A stretch of DNA of 63,384 bases, filler included, from Bipalium vagum (Eukaryota), in assembly GCA_037834085.1 (NCBI GenBank). It is 3 parts of 3 records of this genome, joined end to end, with 100 filler letters (N's around TTAATTAATTAA, not from the genome) between each part and the next. Parts side by side here need not be neighbours in the genome. Positions count along the whole stretch, not along the records: positions 15,967 to 44,267 come from JBBMKC010056816.1; 2 more parts are not named here. The stretch is one strand, 5' to 3'. The translations under genes and the position numbers were made by a program. The notes beneath the pieces were generated by a model. That model was not told the origin of the DNA, ran no database searches, and saw nothing but the letters and a program-made list of their open reading frames with translations. Shown here one piece after another: positions 27,261 to 41,929 of this stretch. How positions within the stretch are numbered: the first letter of the stretch is position 1; each line of letters opens with the position of its first letter.

Positions 27261-27899
27261 GTTAACTAAATGCCTTTTTTACTTTCTATTATTTTTCTTT
27301 TCATTTTTCCTCTAATAAAGTTAAATCAATATTTTTCAATTAAATTAATTTTCCAGAATAAAATATTCTTTCATGTTGGCATATTCCAAAATATCCCAAA
27401 TGAAAGAAAATAAGCTATAGAATATTATTTATTTTATATTTATTTAAACACTTGGATTCTCTCTTGGAACCTCAAAGATATGTTTAATTAATTAATAATT
27501 TATATAAAAATCATTTTTTATTATTTTATTAAAATGCAAAATCGAAAATAAATCGTTATTTATAAATTGATTAGTCTGAGATCATAATCCGGCTTTTTTC
27601 TTCGCAAATAAACCAATAAACCACGTATATATTTTCCATTAAATTTATCAGATTTAATTTCAATTTTTGTGTTATTTTTTAAATAAATTTTCCATTATAT
27701 TTTTATTTTTTAAAATTAGTCAAAATTTTTAATCAGTGCTTAAAATCCATATCAATTTTGAGATTTGTGCAAGAAAAATACGATAAGCGTGAAAACTTAC
27801 AATCTGCTTCATCTCTGTATTTTGTTTTATTATGGTTAAAAATAAATAATACGGGGTTTTTTTAATAACCGAACCATGGTAATGTTGAAACAAAAATAA

Positions 27900-28295
27900 A
27901 AATAATTTATTCAAAATAATGGTAATTATTATCTGCACATTTCCTCAATTTTCCAATCAATTGTTGAATGTCATCCCAAAAGAACTTTTCTGGTTTCGAG
28001 GAGAACCATCCAGAGACCCGATTTTGGACATCTTTGTACGATTTGAAGTGCTGTTCAGCAAGTTCATTTAACGGAACAGGTGAAAATGGGAAGAAGCAAG
28101 ATTTGGTAAATACGGTGGGTGGGTGAGTACTTCCTATCTTATGTTTTAACATGCTTTTAACTGCTTTTGAATTGTGAGGCGTTCCGTTGTCATGTAGAAG
28201 AATCACTTTGTCATGTTTATTGACCCATTTTGGACGTTTAACTATTAAAGACTGATTCAGCTGGGCCATTTGGTTTTGGTATCTCTCCGAATCAA
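27900..28295 (-). mobile_element. Mariner 3' half
   Basis: ORF 27907-28269: VILLHDNGTPH...FKSYKDVQNRVSGWFSSKPEKFFWDDIQQL..KCADNNYHYFE. Confidence 0.85.
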
Positions 28296-28539
28296 CACTT
28301 TTTATATAATATCAATAATATTTACTGATTATTTATTTATTTACAAATAATTGTGATCATCTCATTAAACTTACAAAAATGAAGCTAATTTTCGCCAAAT
28401 ATGAAACTTCAAGTTGGCTAATAAGCATTTTACTTTTTACCACGAATCTTTAATTTATTATAAATAAATAAAGAACATATTAAGAATTGTTCATTTATAG
28501 AATATGGACTGATAACCTTTGGTATTTTATTTATAGTAT

Positions 28540-29330
28540 ATGACAAGATCAATTTATCTCGAGAAACTCTGTGTATTCTTATGTTTATTATTCTTACCAC
28601 TTCATAAGCAATACATATGCCGCAAAATCACAATCTGGCATGTGCATCATTTTGAGAGAATTTCATCAACCGCGAGACGTGTTTTAATTGGTATAATATT
28701 TTAATTTTGGCCTTGAAGATCAACTATTTCAGCCTATAGAGATCAATGATTACGTCCTTCTAATAATGATCGAAGAAAATCTCACTATGACAATCCGAAA
28801 ATTTGTTCAAAAATTTAATTTTATTCATGGAACCATTGAAAAGTCGATAAGATTGGAAAATGGATGTCATATTCTCTTACTGAAGGTAATAAATATGCGC
28901 ATATAACCAATTGTCAAATTTTGCTCATCAGACCTCGACATTTCATCAATTGGCTTAAATCTGTTGTGAGCATGAATGAAAATTGATTTTTATTCTCTAA
29001 CGTGATAAGGAACAGATCATTGCAAGTCCAAATGAAACTTTTATTCCAATTCCAAAAAATTCTCTGTAAAAAAAATTATTTCTGTTTTGTGGGATATTCG
29101 TGATCTGATATTATTAAATTGGCTTCGAAAAACTACAACGGTTAATATTGATGTTTTTTGCCAATAAATCGACAAATTAAAGGTGGTTTGAAAAATAAAA
29201 TGTTTATTTATGAAAAAAAATTATTTATCAACACGATATGTCACCAGTACATCGTTCAAATATGGCCATATTCCATCTTCTATATTCAGACCTAAATTTT
29301 CTGCCAACTTTTGAATAACTTTCCCCGTAT
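28540..29330 (+). mobile_element. Highly degenerate mariner
   Basis: Remnants F.LEDQLFSL, LEKWM, SMNEN*FLF and FCFVG..DLILL in transposase order. Confidence 0.55.
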
Positions 29331-30279
29331 TTAAAATAATTTTTACCATAAAGATTCATTGTTCAATGGAATAACGATTCATTTTTAAAATCCGCGTGAA
29401 TTACTATTGTTTATTCCACAACTATTGATTTAATAAAACAAAACAGAATTAAATGGAATTATATTTAAAATGTAACATTAAATTGGAAATCCCTACAAAT
29501 GCCAAAATTTTTGTTAAAAATTATAAGTAATTTTATATTATTATTAATATTATTAATATAACTATATTCCAAATTCTAATTATTAAAAATACTTTATTCA
29601 TTAATGGAAATATAGAATTTCATTTTACAAAAAGTTTGGCTTCAAAATGTACTAATTTTTTTAATTATTATCAGAGATTTGCTTTAACTCTGTTCTCTTT
29701 ATATATACTTTCATTATTAATAAATGTATGGTTAGTAATTTTCTTCATCGACCAAGCCACGATTGCTTCAATAAGAATATTACTTTGAACAAAAATTAAT
29801 TTGATTTTTATATTGTACCAACGTTTCCTTTGAGGATACTCGTCAGATTTATTTGTCAAAAAATTATTTTCCCTTTATAAATAAATATATTTATAAGTTT
29901 AAAATGATATACTCAAAAACTATTTCCTACTTCGTGTTGAATGCTGCAGTCTTGACTTGTTTTAATCGATGCTGTCATGCGAACCCCTAAGGTCATGATG
30001 TGACCAAAGCCTATAAATATTAATTATATTAACAAAAAGCAAGATTGAATGAAATATTACCAGTTCAGAAAGAAAAATTATCTTTTATCAACAGCGAACA
30101 CTTATTTTATAAAACTATTTTAATTTTAAAAAATGTCATATTTTAAAGAACACAGAAAGAATAAAATTAAAATGTCCAATAAAAAATATACAATATATAT
30201 TCATTAAAAAGACCCCGTTTATTATTTTAAATCAGAATTATTGCTTCTGTTGTTTAATCAATTTAAATTAATCAGATAT

Positions 30280-31100
30280 CACATTTTAGTATGAGGATCA
30301 TTTAAGTAGATCCAGGTATGTTTAATAGTTTTTTATAACTTCCCCAGTTTTTAGCTCAATCGGTGGAATTGTCGATCCCTAAACTTGATCAGTATTAGTG
30401 AGATAATTCTGATTTTTGTTTGTTCCTTTTATTGGTTACTTATATTTATTGTAATTATTGTGATTTTATTGTTATTTACTGTTGTTAGAGTTATAAGATT
30501 TAGGTATTTTGATTTTTGTACATTTTTTGAATATACTAAACTAATCAATAGGGTAGTGCGTTCAATGAGTTTAATTGGTAATTTTATTGATTTTATATAT
30601 ATTTGATGATGTAAATCTGCTGAGATAAGACTTGGGGATTGTTGAATATTTGTTTATTGATCTCAGTACAGTTGAGAGCATTGTTGACATTTATAGTGTA
30701 TATTTATGTTGAAGACTATTAAAGATTATTGCCCTTTTTTTGAGTGATTGTCAATAAAGTTATTGTTAAACCTAACCATAATTAGTGAAAGAGTCAGGCA
30801 TAGCGTATTGGTTAATGTAAATATTAAGAAATTTAACAAAACTTCAGTCGCAAAATCCACGAAAACATTTCATTTAGATATATTATGTGGTACTGGATAT
30901 TAGAAAATATAAAAGATTGTTGAAAGTTTCAGAAAGGGGGATGTCTATTTCAAAAAACCTTGTTAATTGAAACTGGAAAGAACCCGATTTGATTACATTG
31001 ACATATGTTCTTCTTAAATTAGATTTTTTTAGGTAGATATAAAAGATTTGGAAGAGATAGTGACATGTAATGGATAATGGTTGTGGATACCAAAATATAT
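30280..31100 (-). mobile_element. Possible decayed LINE reverse transcriptase fragment
   Basis: A/C-rich minus strand with FVDFAT (cf. F.D.SKAFD) and a K.YLG/IYLN-like remnant; many stops. Confidence 0.3.
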
Positions 31101-31700
31101 TTTAATTGATTTCAAAAAATTTATTAATTAATTAATTATATTCACACAAATGGATAAGGTGCAGAACATTGTTATTAATATATTCTTTTGTTTGTAAGAT
31201 TCTGACTTTTCAGTCACTAGAATTAGAAAACAATACTTTTGTCAAAAAATGATTTCGTTAACGGAAGTCTCAGATAAATGGAAACTATTCAGATCCTATT
31301 CAATATTGTTAGTGAACTGAATATTTTATTATTTATATTTTTCAAATAATCGTGTCATTTATCGCTACATTACACAAAGCTTCTCTTTAATATCATTTTA
31401 AGGGATTTTTTGAAATCTCTATTCATCTCGGTTGGACGTTTATACATTTTCTGACCAACAAAGCTTTGGAAATGTTGTGAATATTGGATATATCAATTTT
31501 ACAAAAATGATCATGAGAGACCAAAGACCTAAGACCTTACAGGGCTGTACTAAATTAAATATTTTAATCAGTTATGATTAATATTTTTTTAATACTTTTC
31601 AATGTTTACTGGCAGAATAAGTTCTCATATAACAAGCCCCAATTCTGCGAAAATAACCCATAACATTTACCAGTTTTGTTGAAACGATGTTGACAAATAA

Positions 31701-32180
31701 TATTAGGTCTGTGAATAAGTTTCCGGATTTTTTAAAATAAATATCAAAAGTAAATAAACCTTATTATAAAAATAAACACTTATACATTCTTCGAAATATT
31801 CTCCACTGTTTGTCAATACTTTCTCCAACCTTCCAAGCAAGGTACAGATTCTGTGTAAAAGAAAAATCCGGACTTTTTGAAGCGATCCAAGATTCAAGCC
31901 ACTTTCTGGTTTCCTCGTAAGATTGAAAATACTGGTCAGCCAGGCCATGAGTCATAAAACGTAACAGGTGGTGATTTGTAGTGATAATATCAAGTGAATA
32001 TAAGGGATGTGGTATAAATTTGAGTGTTTCCAAGAATGATTTAATCGTTTCGGAGTAAGGATATAAGATCTTCATCATCACATTTTTCCGAACGTACGGA
32101 CATCATTTTCTTCTTCAATCTTAAAGCAATTTTACCAATCAAAACACTGCGTTCTTGACAAGACACGTTTCCCTTATGTT
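31701..32180 (-). mobile_element. Mariner 3' fragment with TIR
   Basis: TIR tattaggtctgtgaataagtttccgg at 31701; HPLYSLDI...HHLLRFMTHGLADQYFQSYEETRKWLESWI and LEKVLTNSGEYFE. Confidence 0.85.
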
Positions 32181-33539
32181 TTTACTAGCAAATTATGACT
32201 TATTCCTTGGACAGTTAAGGTATCGCAGGTTAATCCTCTTAATATGAAGGATCAGAAATTCTAATGGTATTGACAACAAACTTTGTTCCCATAGTGTTTA
32301 TGCCAGTCTCCGGATTGTCAGGTACGTACATGTAGCAAATAATATCTCATGGTCGTCAGAAAATGCAATAGTTAAATCAAAATAGATCCATTATTTATTT
32401 TTCATATTAAAATAAATAAACATTCTGTTACCCTATTAATTTCTGGAAAAAATAAGATATTGACGAGTCTGTCCATTTGCTGTATTACAACTATTAAAAG
32501 CCAGGATGAGTTAAGCGACAGTATTTTGGTCCATTTTTCAAAACTCCTTTCAAAATAACTTTCAACTTTAATCTTTACTAGAAAACCATTAATCGTTGAT
32601 AACTCTGTTCTGATAATCTTTTTAAGTCAGATTCCCTTTGTTCAACTGATGGATTGACAAATATATTTGACCTTCCACAATTATGCGTTCACTGAGATCC
32701 TTGAGCTTGAGACAAAAAATATACTTTCTCAAGCTTGAGATCTAATAACCAAATTCTCATTTGTTGTGCTCATGGGCAAGAATATCAGTGATTACCTGAA
32801 ACTTGGCAAAACTTCCATCATCTGTTTTGAACTTCAGAGAAATTAAGTTCTTCGAACTCCTTTCAAAGTATAAACCTCAATACTGGCTAATTCTAGTCAA
32901 AACGGTTTTACGACGCTCAAGACTTATTACAAAATTTGAATCTCTATGAAATTTAGCCACTATCACATTCATCATACTCTCCAGACTTTGCAGCTTCAAG
33001 CAATGACCTTGAAAAGAATCCTGAAATGATTCGAATAAAATTCCTATAAATCATTTTTCTAGCTAAATAAAATGGTGACGTTATTAAAAAAAATCTTCAA
33101 TTTATTTTATCGCCAAATTTAATTAAAACTTAACTAAATAAAATTAAGAGATGGTTACAGTTGCCATGAGCAATTATCAGTGACTTGTTTAATAATAAAT
33201 GACAAATTCTGTTGTCAATGCTTCGTTGATTTCTTAAATATATCAGAATTTCCTCAATATACATTAAACAGTTTGGAAAGCACCTCATTACATTCAAGTT
33301 TCCTTGATTGCTCCATTTTTTGCGTTTCAATTATTTATCACTTCCTACACTTATAAATAATCTTAGTTCGCTTGAAAAGAAAAGAATTTTCGATTTAAAT
33401 TGATAAATATAATTATACAAATAAAAAAATAAATAAATAAATAAAATAATAATAATAATTTTAATAATAATAATAATATAAACTATGTTAATAATAAATA
33501 GAATATATCTTCAGATTTATTAAACCTGAAATAATGTCC

Positions 33540-34390
33540 CATTGACCTTCATTTGTCCAGCGTTAGAAACAGGCTGTGGCGGCTTTATTAAATTATGAAA
33601 AATCTAAATAAATGCCCTTAGTCAAAAATTGTGGAAAGATGAAATATTGCTAAACGTTCTTGAAGGAAGTTTTTTATATATAAGACCAGTTTCATCCATA
33701 TTATAGATATCGGATAGTTCATAATCTTTAATGAACTTTATCAACTGACGTTTAGCAGATTCAATTTGCTTTATGTATAATATTTCCGCTTTCACCAGAT
33801 AAAAACTTTGATTTCAGATTATGTCGCTTTTTAAATCGGTAAAGCCAACCGTTGGATGCCTTAAAATTTTCAATACCCAACTCAGCAGCGAATTTGGTAG
33901 CTTGGACTTTCATAACATCTTCAGTCACATTTAGATTTTTCGATTAAAGTTGATTAATAGATAACTGCAGACATTTTTCTAACTCTTCATATTTAGGCTT
34001 CCTGGCTCTTTTGATCTGAATTTGTTAATGACTCACCTTTAGAAAGGTTTAAAACAGTTTTATAATTGACTGCTTTACCAAAAATATTTGAAAGATGTTT
34101 TGCTACCTCTTTCAAATTGGCTTTCTTGTGCTGTTGTAGATGTTGACGAATTTTAGATTTTTCTTGGTTATTTAATGCGACTCGTTTATTCATTTTATTA
34201 ATACTAATTAGTGTGGTTGTCATGGTTTACTATTATTTAAACAATTTTGAACAAAAATGAAGATTTCATTAATTTATTGTCCTTTATAACGGGTGTTCTT
34301 TTATCGGGGGAGTACGATGGTTTTCTATATAAAATTTTGTCCCAAAAATTTGGCATTAAGCTGTCTCTTATAACGAGGTTTTCCTTAATA
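33540..34390 (-). mobile_element. Tigger/pogo (CENP-B-like) transposase 5' fragment
   Basis: MNKRVALNNQEKSKI (HTH-psq-like), FKASNGWLYRFKKRHNL, IYNMDETGL; repeated cttataacg(a/g)g subterminal motifs at 34280-34385. Confidence 0.85.
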
Positions 34391-34452
34391 AAAAGTTATT
34401 TAAACAACTATTTATAATTAAATTGAAATATATATCAAAATTAGTATTTTTG

Positions 34453-34486
34453 ATAGGGGGTGAACAGACTTTTTACGCGCACTGTA
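34453..34486. mobile_element. Solo Tc1 TIR
   Basis: tagggggtgaacagactttttacgcgcactgTA, the same family as the TIR at 47748-47781. Confidence 0.65.
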
Positions 34487-35149
34487 CATAGCATATCTTA
34501 ATTATTTTAATGTTTCAACAGAGAAAATAGAAGAAACTCGTACATGCAAAGAAAAATGATCTATAGGAAAAAGTGAAATGTTTTATGAGAAAAAATGAAA
34601 TTTCTTCAAAATGATTTTCATTTGCCCCAACAGTAACTTAAAACAATGAGTGAATATCACCAAAGTGATAGTAAAAATTAAGAATTAACTTGATATCATT
34701 TTTAAATGAAAAATAACAAGGGTAAAAACTGTTTTATTGTTCAAATATATAACTTAGTGTTATCGATTATTATTTGACTTAAATTACATTGGATTCATAA
34801 TTATTGTTACATAATGAAGATAGAATTCATTGGATCAATTTTTTATTTAACCAGAAGAAAACAGTTGCTAAGGTAACCGGAATTATTTACAAACCTTATA
34901 CTGATAGATTACTGGATGGAAGTTATTGTGATTAATTTCGGTAATGATGTAGTTTACGTTCGTAAAGTTAAATTTTATTATAGCATTTATTAGATATGAT
35001 AAATGTCACTGATCCGAGTTAATGATTAATAAAGCGCCTTTGATTTGGTGATCTTAATAGTTTCGTCAAACAAACTAATGTAACATAAAATGAAAGACCA
35101 TTAAAATATTAATCTTTTGCCTGAAATATTTACGGAACGACAACGGAAT

Positions 35150-35500
35150 TTTATTTTTTAAAATTCTTCTAGGTAGTCAAAGCATTAATTCAGATATCTA
35201 TTCTGCACAATTGAATCGACTTCACAAGATTCTTACCAAAAAAAACGTGCTGCTTTAATAAACAGGAATATAGTTATATTACAAGCAGACAACACAAAAT
35301 CTCATACCTCAAAAACATCAATGGGAACTTCAAAATTTTGAGGAAATTGATCATCAAACTGAGTTGCAGCATGTCCTCTCCATGGTACATTTCTTGCAGG
35401 GTAAGCCCTTTGAGAACAAGGAAGACCGGGAAAAGTGTTTAAGTCTCCGGAATTGTATGAAAATGGAATTCGGAAATTTGCAAAACCTTGTGCCCTTGTA
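35150..35500 (+). mobile_element. Mariner 3' fragment
   Basis: SDIYSAQLNRL, LQADNTKSHTS, SMVHFLQGKPFENKED, ELYENGIRKFAK. Confidence 0.65.
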
Positions 35501-36563
35501 TGTAAAACGCTGGGTTGTATTTCAGTTCGTAATTTTATGATGTAAACTACAGATTTCGCATTGACTTTTTTGAATAAAAACTGATTTTTTATAAGACATC
35601 TTATAAAGAGGCCAGCTAGACCTGAGGGATTTTTTTGGTGTCTCAGGTGGGACAAAAAGTATTCAATAATGCTGGAAATAATTCTAAACATCTCCTGAAC
35701 ACACTGACTTTTCGTGACATGTTATTTAATTTTTAGTTGAATATAACCATATGTACATTCACCAGATGTAAGAGGTAAAAAAATTGCGGAGACGCCAAAA
35801 ATATCAGAGATTGAAGAAGTGAAAGAGGAAGAAAACTCATAAATGTATAAGATCAGTACTAACTGGATTATATTTCTGAAACGAAAAGTAGACATTTGTG
35901 ATTATTTTAATTATGAATTTTGTAAATTTATCTGCGTTGGTTAGAAGCATTGAGATTATTGTGCGATCGAAGGATACTTCACAATCCGCGACGCTGTAGA
36001 AATAATCACATCACGAATCTATTCTTAACCGATTCTCAAAATTATTGGCGTTGTTTTATGCAAGAATTCCATCAGGATATTCTAATAAGGAAGGATACGT
36101 GGTTACAAGGATCATGCTTATCATTTCGGCAAATCACATTAATTAAGGTCTAAGGAGTATACTTGAATCAAAAAAAAGTAATTTTGAAACCTGGTAAATT
36201 TAAACACAAGTACCAAAATATCATATATAAAAATCCTAAAAGAATTCTCAAGCATCAAACATTTGCATACCAGATTATATTTATTCGATCAATATAAAAT
36301 TATTTATTGACCGATAAAATAAAAAAATTGTAATATTAATTAAACGATAATTTATTAAAATCATTGATTAATAATATTATTAAATATATTTCTCAATAGT
36401 AAGATTATTTTACCTCAAATAAAACGCAACATTTCAATTAAAAAATTTAACCAAAAAATGTATTTATTTCAATGACATCCGTTGATGGTTTTAGCGAAAA
36501 TATATCATACAGACTTCTATAATAATCTATAAAGGCTGGAAATATTATTTGACCATTGAGAGC

Positions 36564-37170
36564 TCAATTTCCCCAAGATTTGTGGATGTAATTGACATTT
36601 CTGCAGTTCACGTCGTTGGGATTTGATCTCTGTTCACACAATTGGCAGACAATTGACGAAATGGACTTGACATTGTCCTTCGTCAGACTTGTCTGACATT
36701 TTACGCAACAGGTTAACGATCCGAATGTTGGCGGAACACTTTTTACGGAAAACTTCATAGCCATCGATTCACAAGAGAGAGTGCTTGACAGGGCTTGGTC
36801 ATTTGATTCTGTGAATGGAATCAGATTTTTCTTGCTTTCTTTCAACGACATCTTCAAGTCATCAAACCGCTTTTCTGTTTTCGAGGCGTTATCCTCACCG
36901 TTGAATTGGGAATACTTTCTGATATTCATTGCTGATTGTCTTGTCTTTTTTCCAAATACTAATCGGTATTTGTGAAACTCATTATTAATAAAGTCTGTCT
37001 GGATTTTTCACAATTACGTAAGATGTATTATGTAATTCATATACCAACTTCGTACCAATAGGCAAATGAAAATCCTCATCATGCACACTAAGTGCTGATA
37101 ACATTTCAATGCCAAACAGTTGAGTTTCAGATCATTATTTGATTATATTTATCACCAAATATGATAAAAG
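36564..37170 (-). CDS. Terminal exon(s) of an unidentified gene with a C-terminal Cys4 motif
   Basis: Higher-GC open frame extends upstream of M36929 (FINNEFHKYRLVFGKKTRQSA); ends with CCVKC-x16-CQLC. Product not recognised. Confidence 0.45.
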
Positions 37171-39167
37171 CATCTTGAACCTAAATGGAAAGGGTAGTGG
37201 AATGAATTGGGAAACTAAAATTAATTTCCTTTTAAAAAATCAAAAATGTGAAACAAAAAATTTAAAATGATGCCGATGACCAGAATTGGTGAAGTAAAAC
37301 AAGCCATTTTTATTGATTTTTAAAAATACTCTCACTCATAATTTGTCTGGTCTGAAAAGTGTTACGTAAAAAGTTCGTGACATAATTGTTTAAAGATTTT
37401 TCCTGCTGAAATACAATAACCAAATAATATTTACTAAGAAATAATCGATTCAAAAAATTTTGTTAAACTTTTTTTATTGATTTTTCGAAAATAATTGTGT
37501 GATAATTGATTCAAAAATATATTATTAATAAATAAAAATATAATTCAGGATTTTATAGTTAAGGGTTTTCAAACGATTTTTTTGTATTGAATAAGTGGGT
37601 TACACCAGATGTTATGTGATATTAAATTGAACGTCGAGACTAAAAGGAAAACGAAATAGTTCTCTTCCACTGATATCATTAAATTAATTAAATTATGATC
37701 ACTGTTTCCTGAATTTATTTTTTCATGATAATAAAATAAAATATGCTGAGTAAAGTAGAACAAATAATAAAATAATTTATTTAATAAAATTCACAGCAAA
37801 AATGACAGTAAAGTTAACCTCTCATACGATCATTATGGTTTATGGTCATTGTTAAATATAATTTGGTCTGAAATTGGACAAAGGATTTCGTGTTTGAAAC
37901 CCGTGCCATATAATCGGCTTAGTATATATTTTTTAATACCGATTATTCATATATTGATTTTAAATATATATGATCAGTTTTTACAAAATATACTAAAAAC
38001 ACTGAATAAAATAGACTGACATAATTAAATAGATTATATTATGCAATATATCTTCAATAATTATCAAATAAGAGGTCTTCCTTCAAAACCGTTAAGATAA
38101 ATGAAATAATAAAAAAGTTTTACTAAATTAATTATAATTAAATATTTAATTAATCCATTAATTATTTTTTTAAAATTTATCTAATTCAAAAAAATTTAAG
38201 TTAATAATGATTTATTTCAGTTTTTATCAACAACAAATTTGTAAGGTAAAGTTCACATAGCACTACCTCTTTTACCAATAACTAAAAATCAATTAACTCT
38301 TTTGGTAACACTTTGGTAAGAAAAATTTATCTTTTCCTACTTTTAAGAAAATAAGTAAAATTTAATTTAATAATTTAATTAATGAAAAATGCTCCTTTCT
38401 TTACAGGGTCAATATTAAATTTCTATTACATCAATTGATTACTTAACACTCAACATTGATGTTCTTGAATAAGTTGGGTGGTCTTGTCATTATTTTATTA
38501 ATCTTCAAGTATCATTTACCATATTTTCGCTTACCAATTGACAGATTTATATATCAAAAAATTTGGATAATTTTTTTCATTTTTCTAAGCTTTTTAATAA
38601 CATATATAGATTAAATCGATTTTTTTTTGTAATCGAATTTTAGTTGATTCTGTGTGCTTTTACTGTTATTTCACCTTAAGCGGACTTTGGACTTATGAAT
38701 ATCCTTATGAGAATTCAGAAAAATTGTTGAAAACATTAATTTTTTAAAATAAATTGAAAAAATCTTTTATAACAATCTCAATCTTGACTGCTCAATAATA
38801 TTATCGTTGCGTCCTCATAATGAATAAACAAAAAAATAAATGTATTTATTCGTACACAGTAAAATATATGTGTAATATATATAAAATCAGCCCACTTCAG
38901 CCTCAACCAGTCAAGAACTGTAATCAAATGATGATGAAATAAAAATAAAAAATCAAATAACTCCAGTTACTAAGTCGATAGCACACTTTCCGAATTGATC
39001 CAAAATAAATAATCTGTCAAATAGTTAGATGCTGATAATCTAGGCAAATGAAAGGTTTGAATACAAACCATACTTACAGTAAATGATACTCAACCAAGGC
39101 ACATATAATGTAGAAAATAATACTAATGACTAAAAGAAAAGAAAATGAAAAATAGCAAAACACTTAC

Positions 39168-39240
39168 CGATTAGATAGCAATAGATACTCGAGTCGTCTT
39201 TAGGCCCGAATAGTTCGCCAACGAGACCAGCTAAAACGCC
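39168..39240 (-). CDS. Isolated small exon of an unidentified gene
   Basis: gtgcag|...|gtaagt with open frame (G)VLAGLVGELFGPKDDSSIYCYLI; a GC-rich island in AT-rich surroundings. Confidence 0.4.
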
Positions 39241-39717
39241 TGCACCATAATGATTAAATGAAAATTATTAATCAAAATGAAATAAAAGAATGTGTCTTCC
39301 ACCCTTTTGGTGTAATATTCTTGATAATAACTCTTTGAAAGTTTTCATTTGTTTTTTGACATCTTTCAGAAGATAATAATAAACTTCACTAAACTTCTTA
39401 AATCTGTTGCTATCAACCTCAATATAATTTTTACAGACCAAATGTAGTCGAACTTAAAAGACAATATTTTTACTCTTTACTTTTAATTGATATTCTATTA
39501 GTAAGCCGGTACGTTTAAAACTACAAAATTATAGGAAAATGTCTCATTAATATTTGATTATTTCGTCTCAAGACTTGTTAATACTTAAATTATGTCAAAC
39601 TTTATTACTAAATTAGTCTTTGGTTGCAAGCTTCAACAAGATTTATTGTTAATAAAATTATTATTAGCAGTAGTAATTATTATTAAAGTTTATTTATATA
39701 AATATATATATTTTTTA

Positions 39718-40360
39718 AATTTGTGGCCAAAAAATAATTGCAATTTTCGTAAAGACTTCAGAAGACTAAAACCATCATAAAAATCAGCAAGCAAATAAAT
39801 TATTACAATAAAAACTTTTATTAAGACAATGTACATAAGTAATAACTAAACAAATATAATAAATGTTCAAAATTAGCCAAATCAGATTCAATACATTTCT
39901 TAATCCTATTTCGAAAATTTGCTACGATGCTCGCACATTGTTCTACTGTTATTTCGTGTCAGGCTCGTATCAATACCAATTTTAATGCATTCACGTTACT
40001 CGTTCCTATTTCTGAAATTCTTCTGCTCAAGATTGACCAAATAAAAAAATCCATTGGGTTGAGATCTAATGAATTTGGTGACCAATCGTCTTTGCCCCAA
40101 AATACAGGAACAACATTTGACAGACTTCAATTGTTAATTTAGCAGAATGTGCATGCGTTTAGTCTTGTTAATACATGAATCCATTGGTACCAAAGTGTTC
40201 CAATGCCCATAGTCTCAAAACGTCTTTAGGAATCAACTACTTTCTCTCGTTAAATACGATTGGCGTCTTACCGGTTGAGTAAATACCAGCCAAAACCATA
40301 ACAGAGGCGGGAAATATTAAATGAGTGATAATTCTTTCAGCGGTAGACCTCTTCTGATCT
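39718..40360 (-). mobile_element. DD37D/maT-like transposase 3' fragment
   Basis: SVMVLAGIYSTGKTPIV, Y*QD*THAH, DWSPNSLDLNPMDFFIWSIL; TIR-like ttgtggccaaaaaataattgc at 39721. Confidence 0.75.
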
Positions 40361-41929
40361 TTTTTGAATTTTTAATAAGGAAACGATAAGAAGCAAGAAA
40401 ATACTTATGAATTACTTTTAGAAGAAATGAAAAATTTTATTATAAATAAATATTTTTAGGTTTGTTAGTATTTTGTATTTGTATAATTGTGTAATAACCG
40501 TTATATTTTATTAGGTCAGATAAATTTATTTCCCTCTAATTTTTTCTATTTTTTCATCTGAGCGAAATGCACTCAAAAATGAATCAAGCAAAAAATTCTT
40601 ATAATTATGTTCTGTAATTAAATGTATTTATAACTTAAGCCTAATTAAAGTATTTATTGTAAAAATAAAAATTAAACTAAAGTATAATATTAAAACAGTT
40701 TTTGAACAATCTTATTGAGTTATAAATTGAGTTTTTATTTAAATTTCAAAACTCTTAATTTAATTTAAGTAGATGATTGTCCATATGTCATCTTTAATTA
40801 TAGTAATTTAAATTGGCTTTGGAATGCAAAAATAAATTATTTAATCGTATGTTCCATAAAATGAAAAAATTAAATTTCTTTAATAAAATGTGAAACATAC
40901 AATAATACGTTTGTTTTAATATTCATATTAAATAAGCATGAAATATTGTTCATAAAACAGATAATGTAAATTGATTTCAGTTCTTGGTTTCCAAACTGAA
41001 TGTGAGATTTCGTAGCAGAATTTAAATGATAAAAACCCTGGAAAAAGATTAATTCAAGATGTTAGATAATGAAAAGCGAGTATCATTCAATTTTACCTGC
41101 GTTGTAATTCATGAACTTGGAAGTTTTACTTGTTATATTTTTTTATTTTTATTGAAGTAATTTGAAGCGCAATATGTCTGGTGTATGATATTATCATTAA
41201 TTTTGGACTAAATAAATAATAGATTATTTTGGATAAACTTGGTTCTTCAAAGGCGTTTTGTTAAATCAAAGTAAATGCAAAAATCAGAATTGAAATTATC
41301 CATTTCTGGTTACATTACGCTTTTATCTGATTTTGATAACATTTAAATAGGAAATCTAAATCGATTTCGATTTTATGTTTAATTGTTGAATTCGATACAA
41401 TTTATTCATTTCTTAGGGTGCGATGAGTGTATTTTATCCGTTGAAGATGTTTATCATTAATTATGAGTCATTTTTGATTTTTATAAAAATGTTTATAATT
41501 GCACTTAGAAAATTACAAGCAACATATTTAACAGACTAAGACGGCAAAGGTGATAAGTTGTCAATAGGAGTGATAAGAAGCTCATTTTATTCCATAACTA
41601 GGCTGAGTGATATGGTCTTTTCATAAATCTAAAATATAGTTCTATTTACTATAATTTAGGATATGATATTAGATTAAAAGATTAGGGTCAGTTGATTTCG
41701 ATTTTCTTTCATATTTTAAGTAAGGACAAAGTAACCTTGTATTTTAATAGTTAAATTTAAATGAAAAATATCAAATTATTTTAGCTGAATATTAGCAAAC
41801 ATATATTATCTTTGATAAGGTATTAAGGTTTTCCATGGGTTTAACTTCAAGTTTTTATATTAATATGCCATAAATAACGTGGTACATTTAATTAAAATAT
41901 TGTTCATCATTATTAACTACATTTTCCCT

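Noticed and set aside
30385-30606. Hydrophobic 73-aa ORF as a membrane protein (similarly 61801-62001 and 19794-19976)
   Set aside because: The hydrophobicity comes from T-rich low-complexity composition, and the starts are non-ATG.
32200-33050. Possible MULE/SWIM or other transposase remnant
   Set aside because: Only vague motif resemblance with many stops; cannot be supported by eye.
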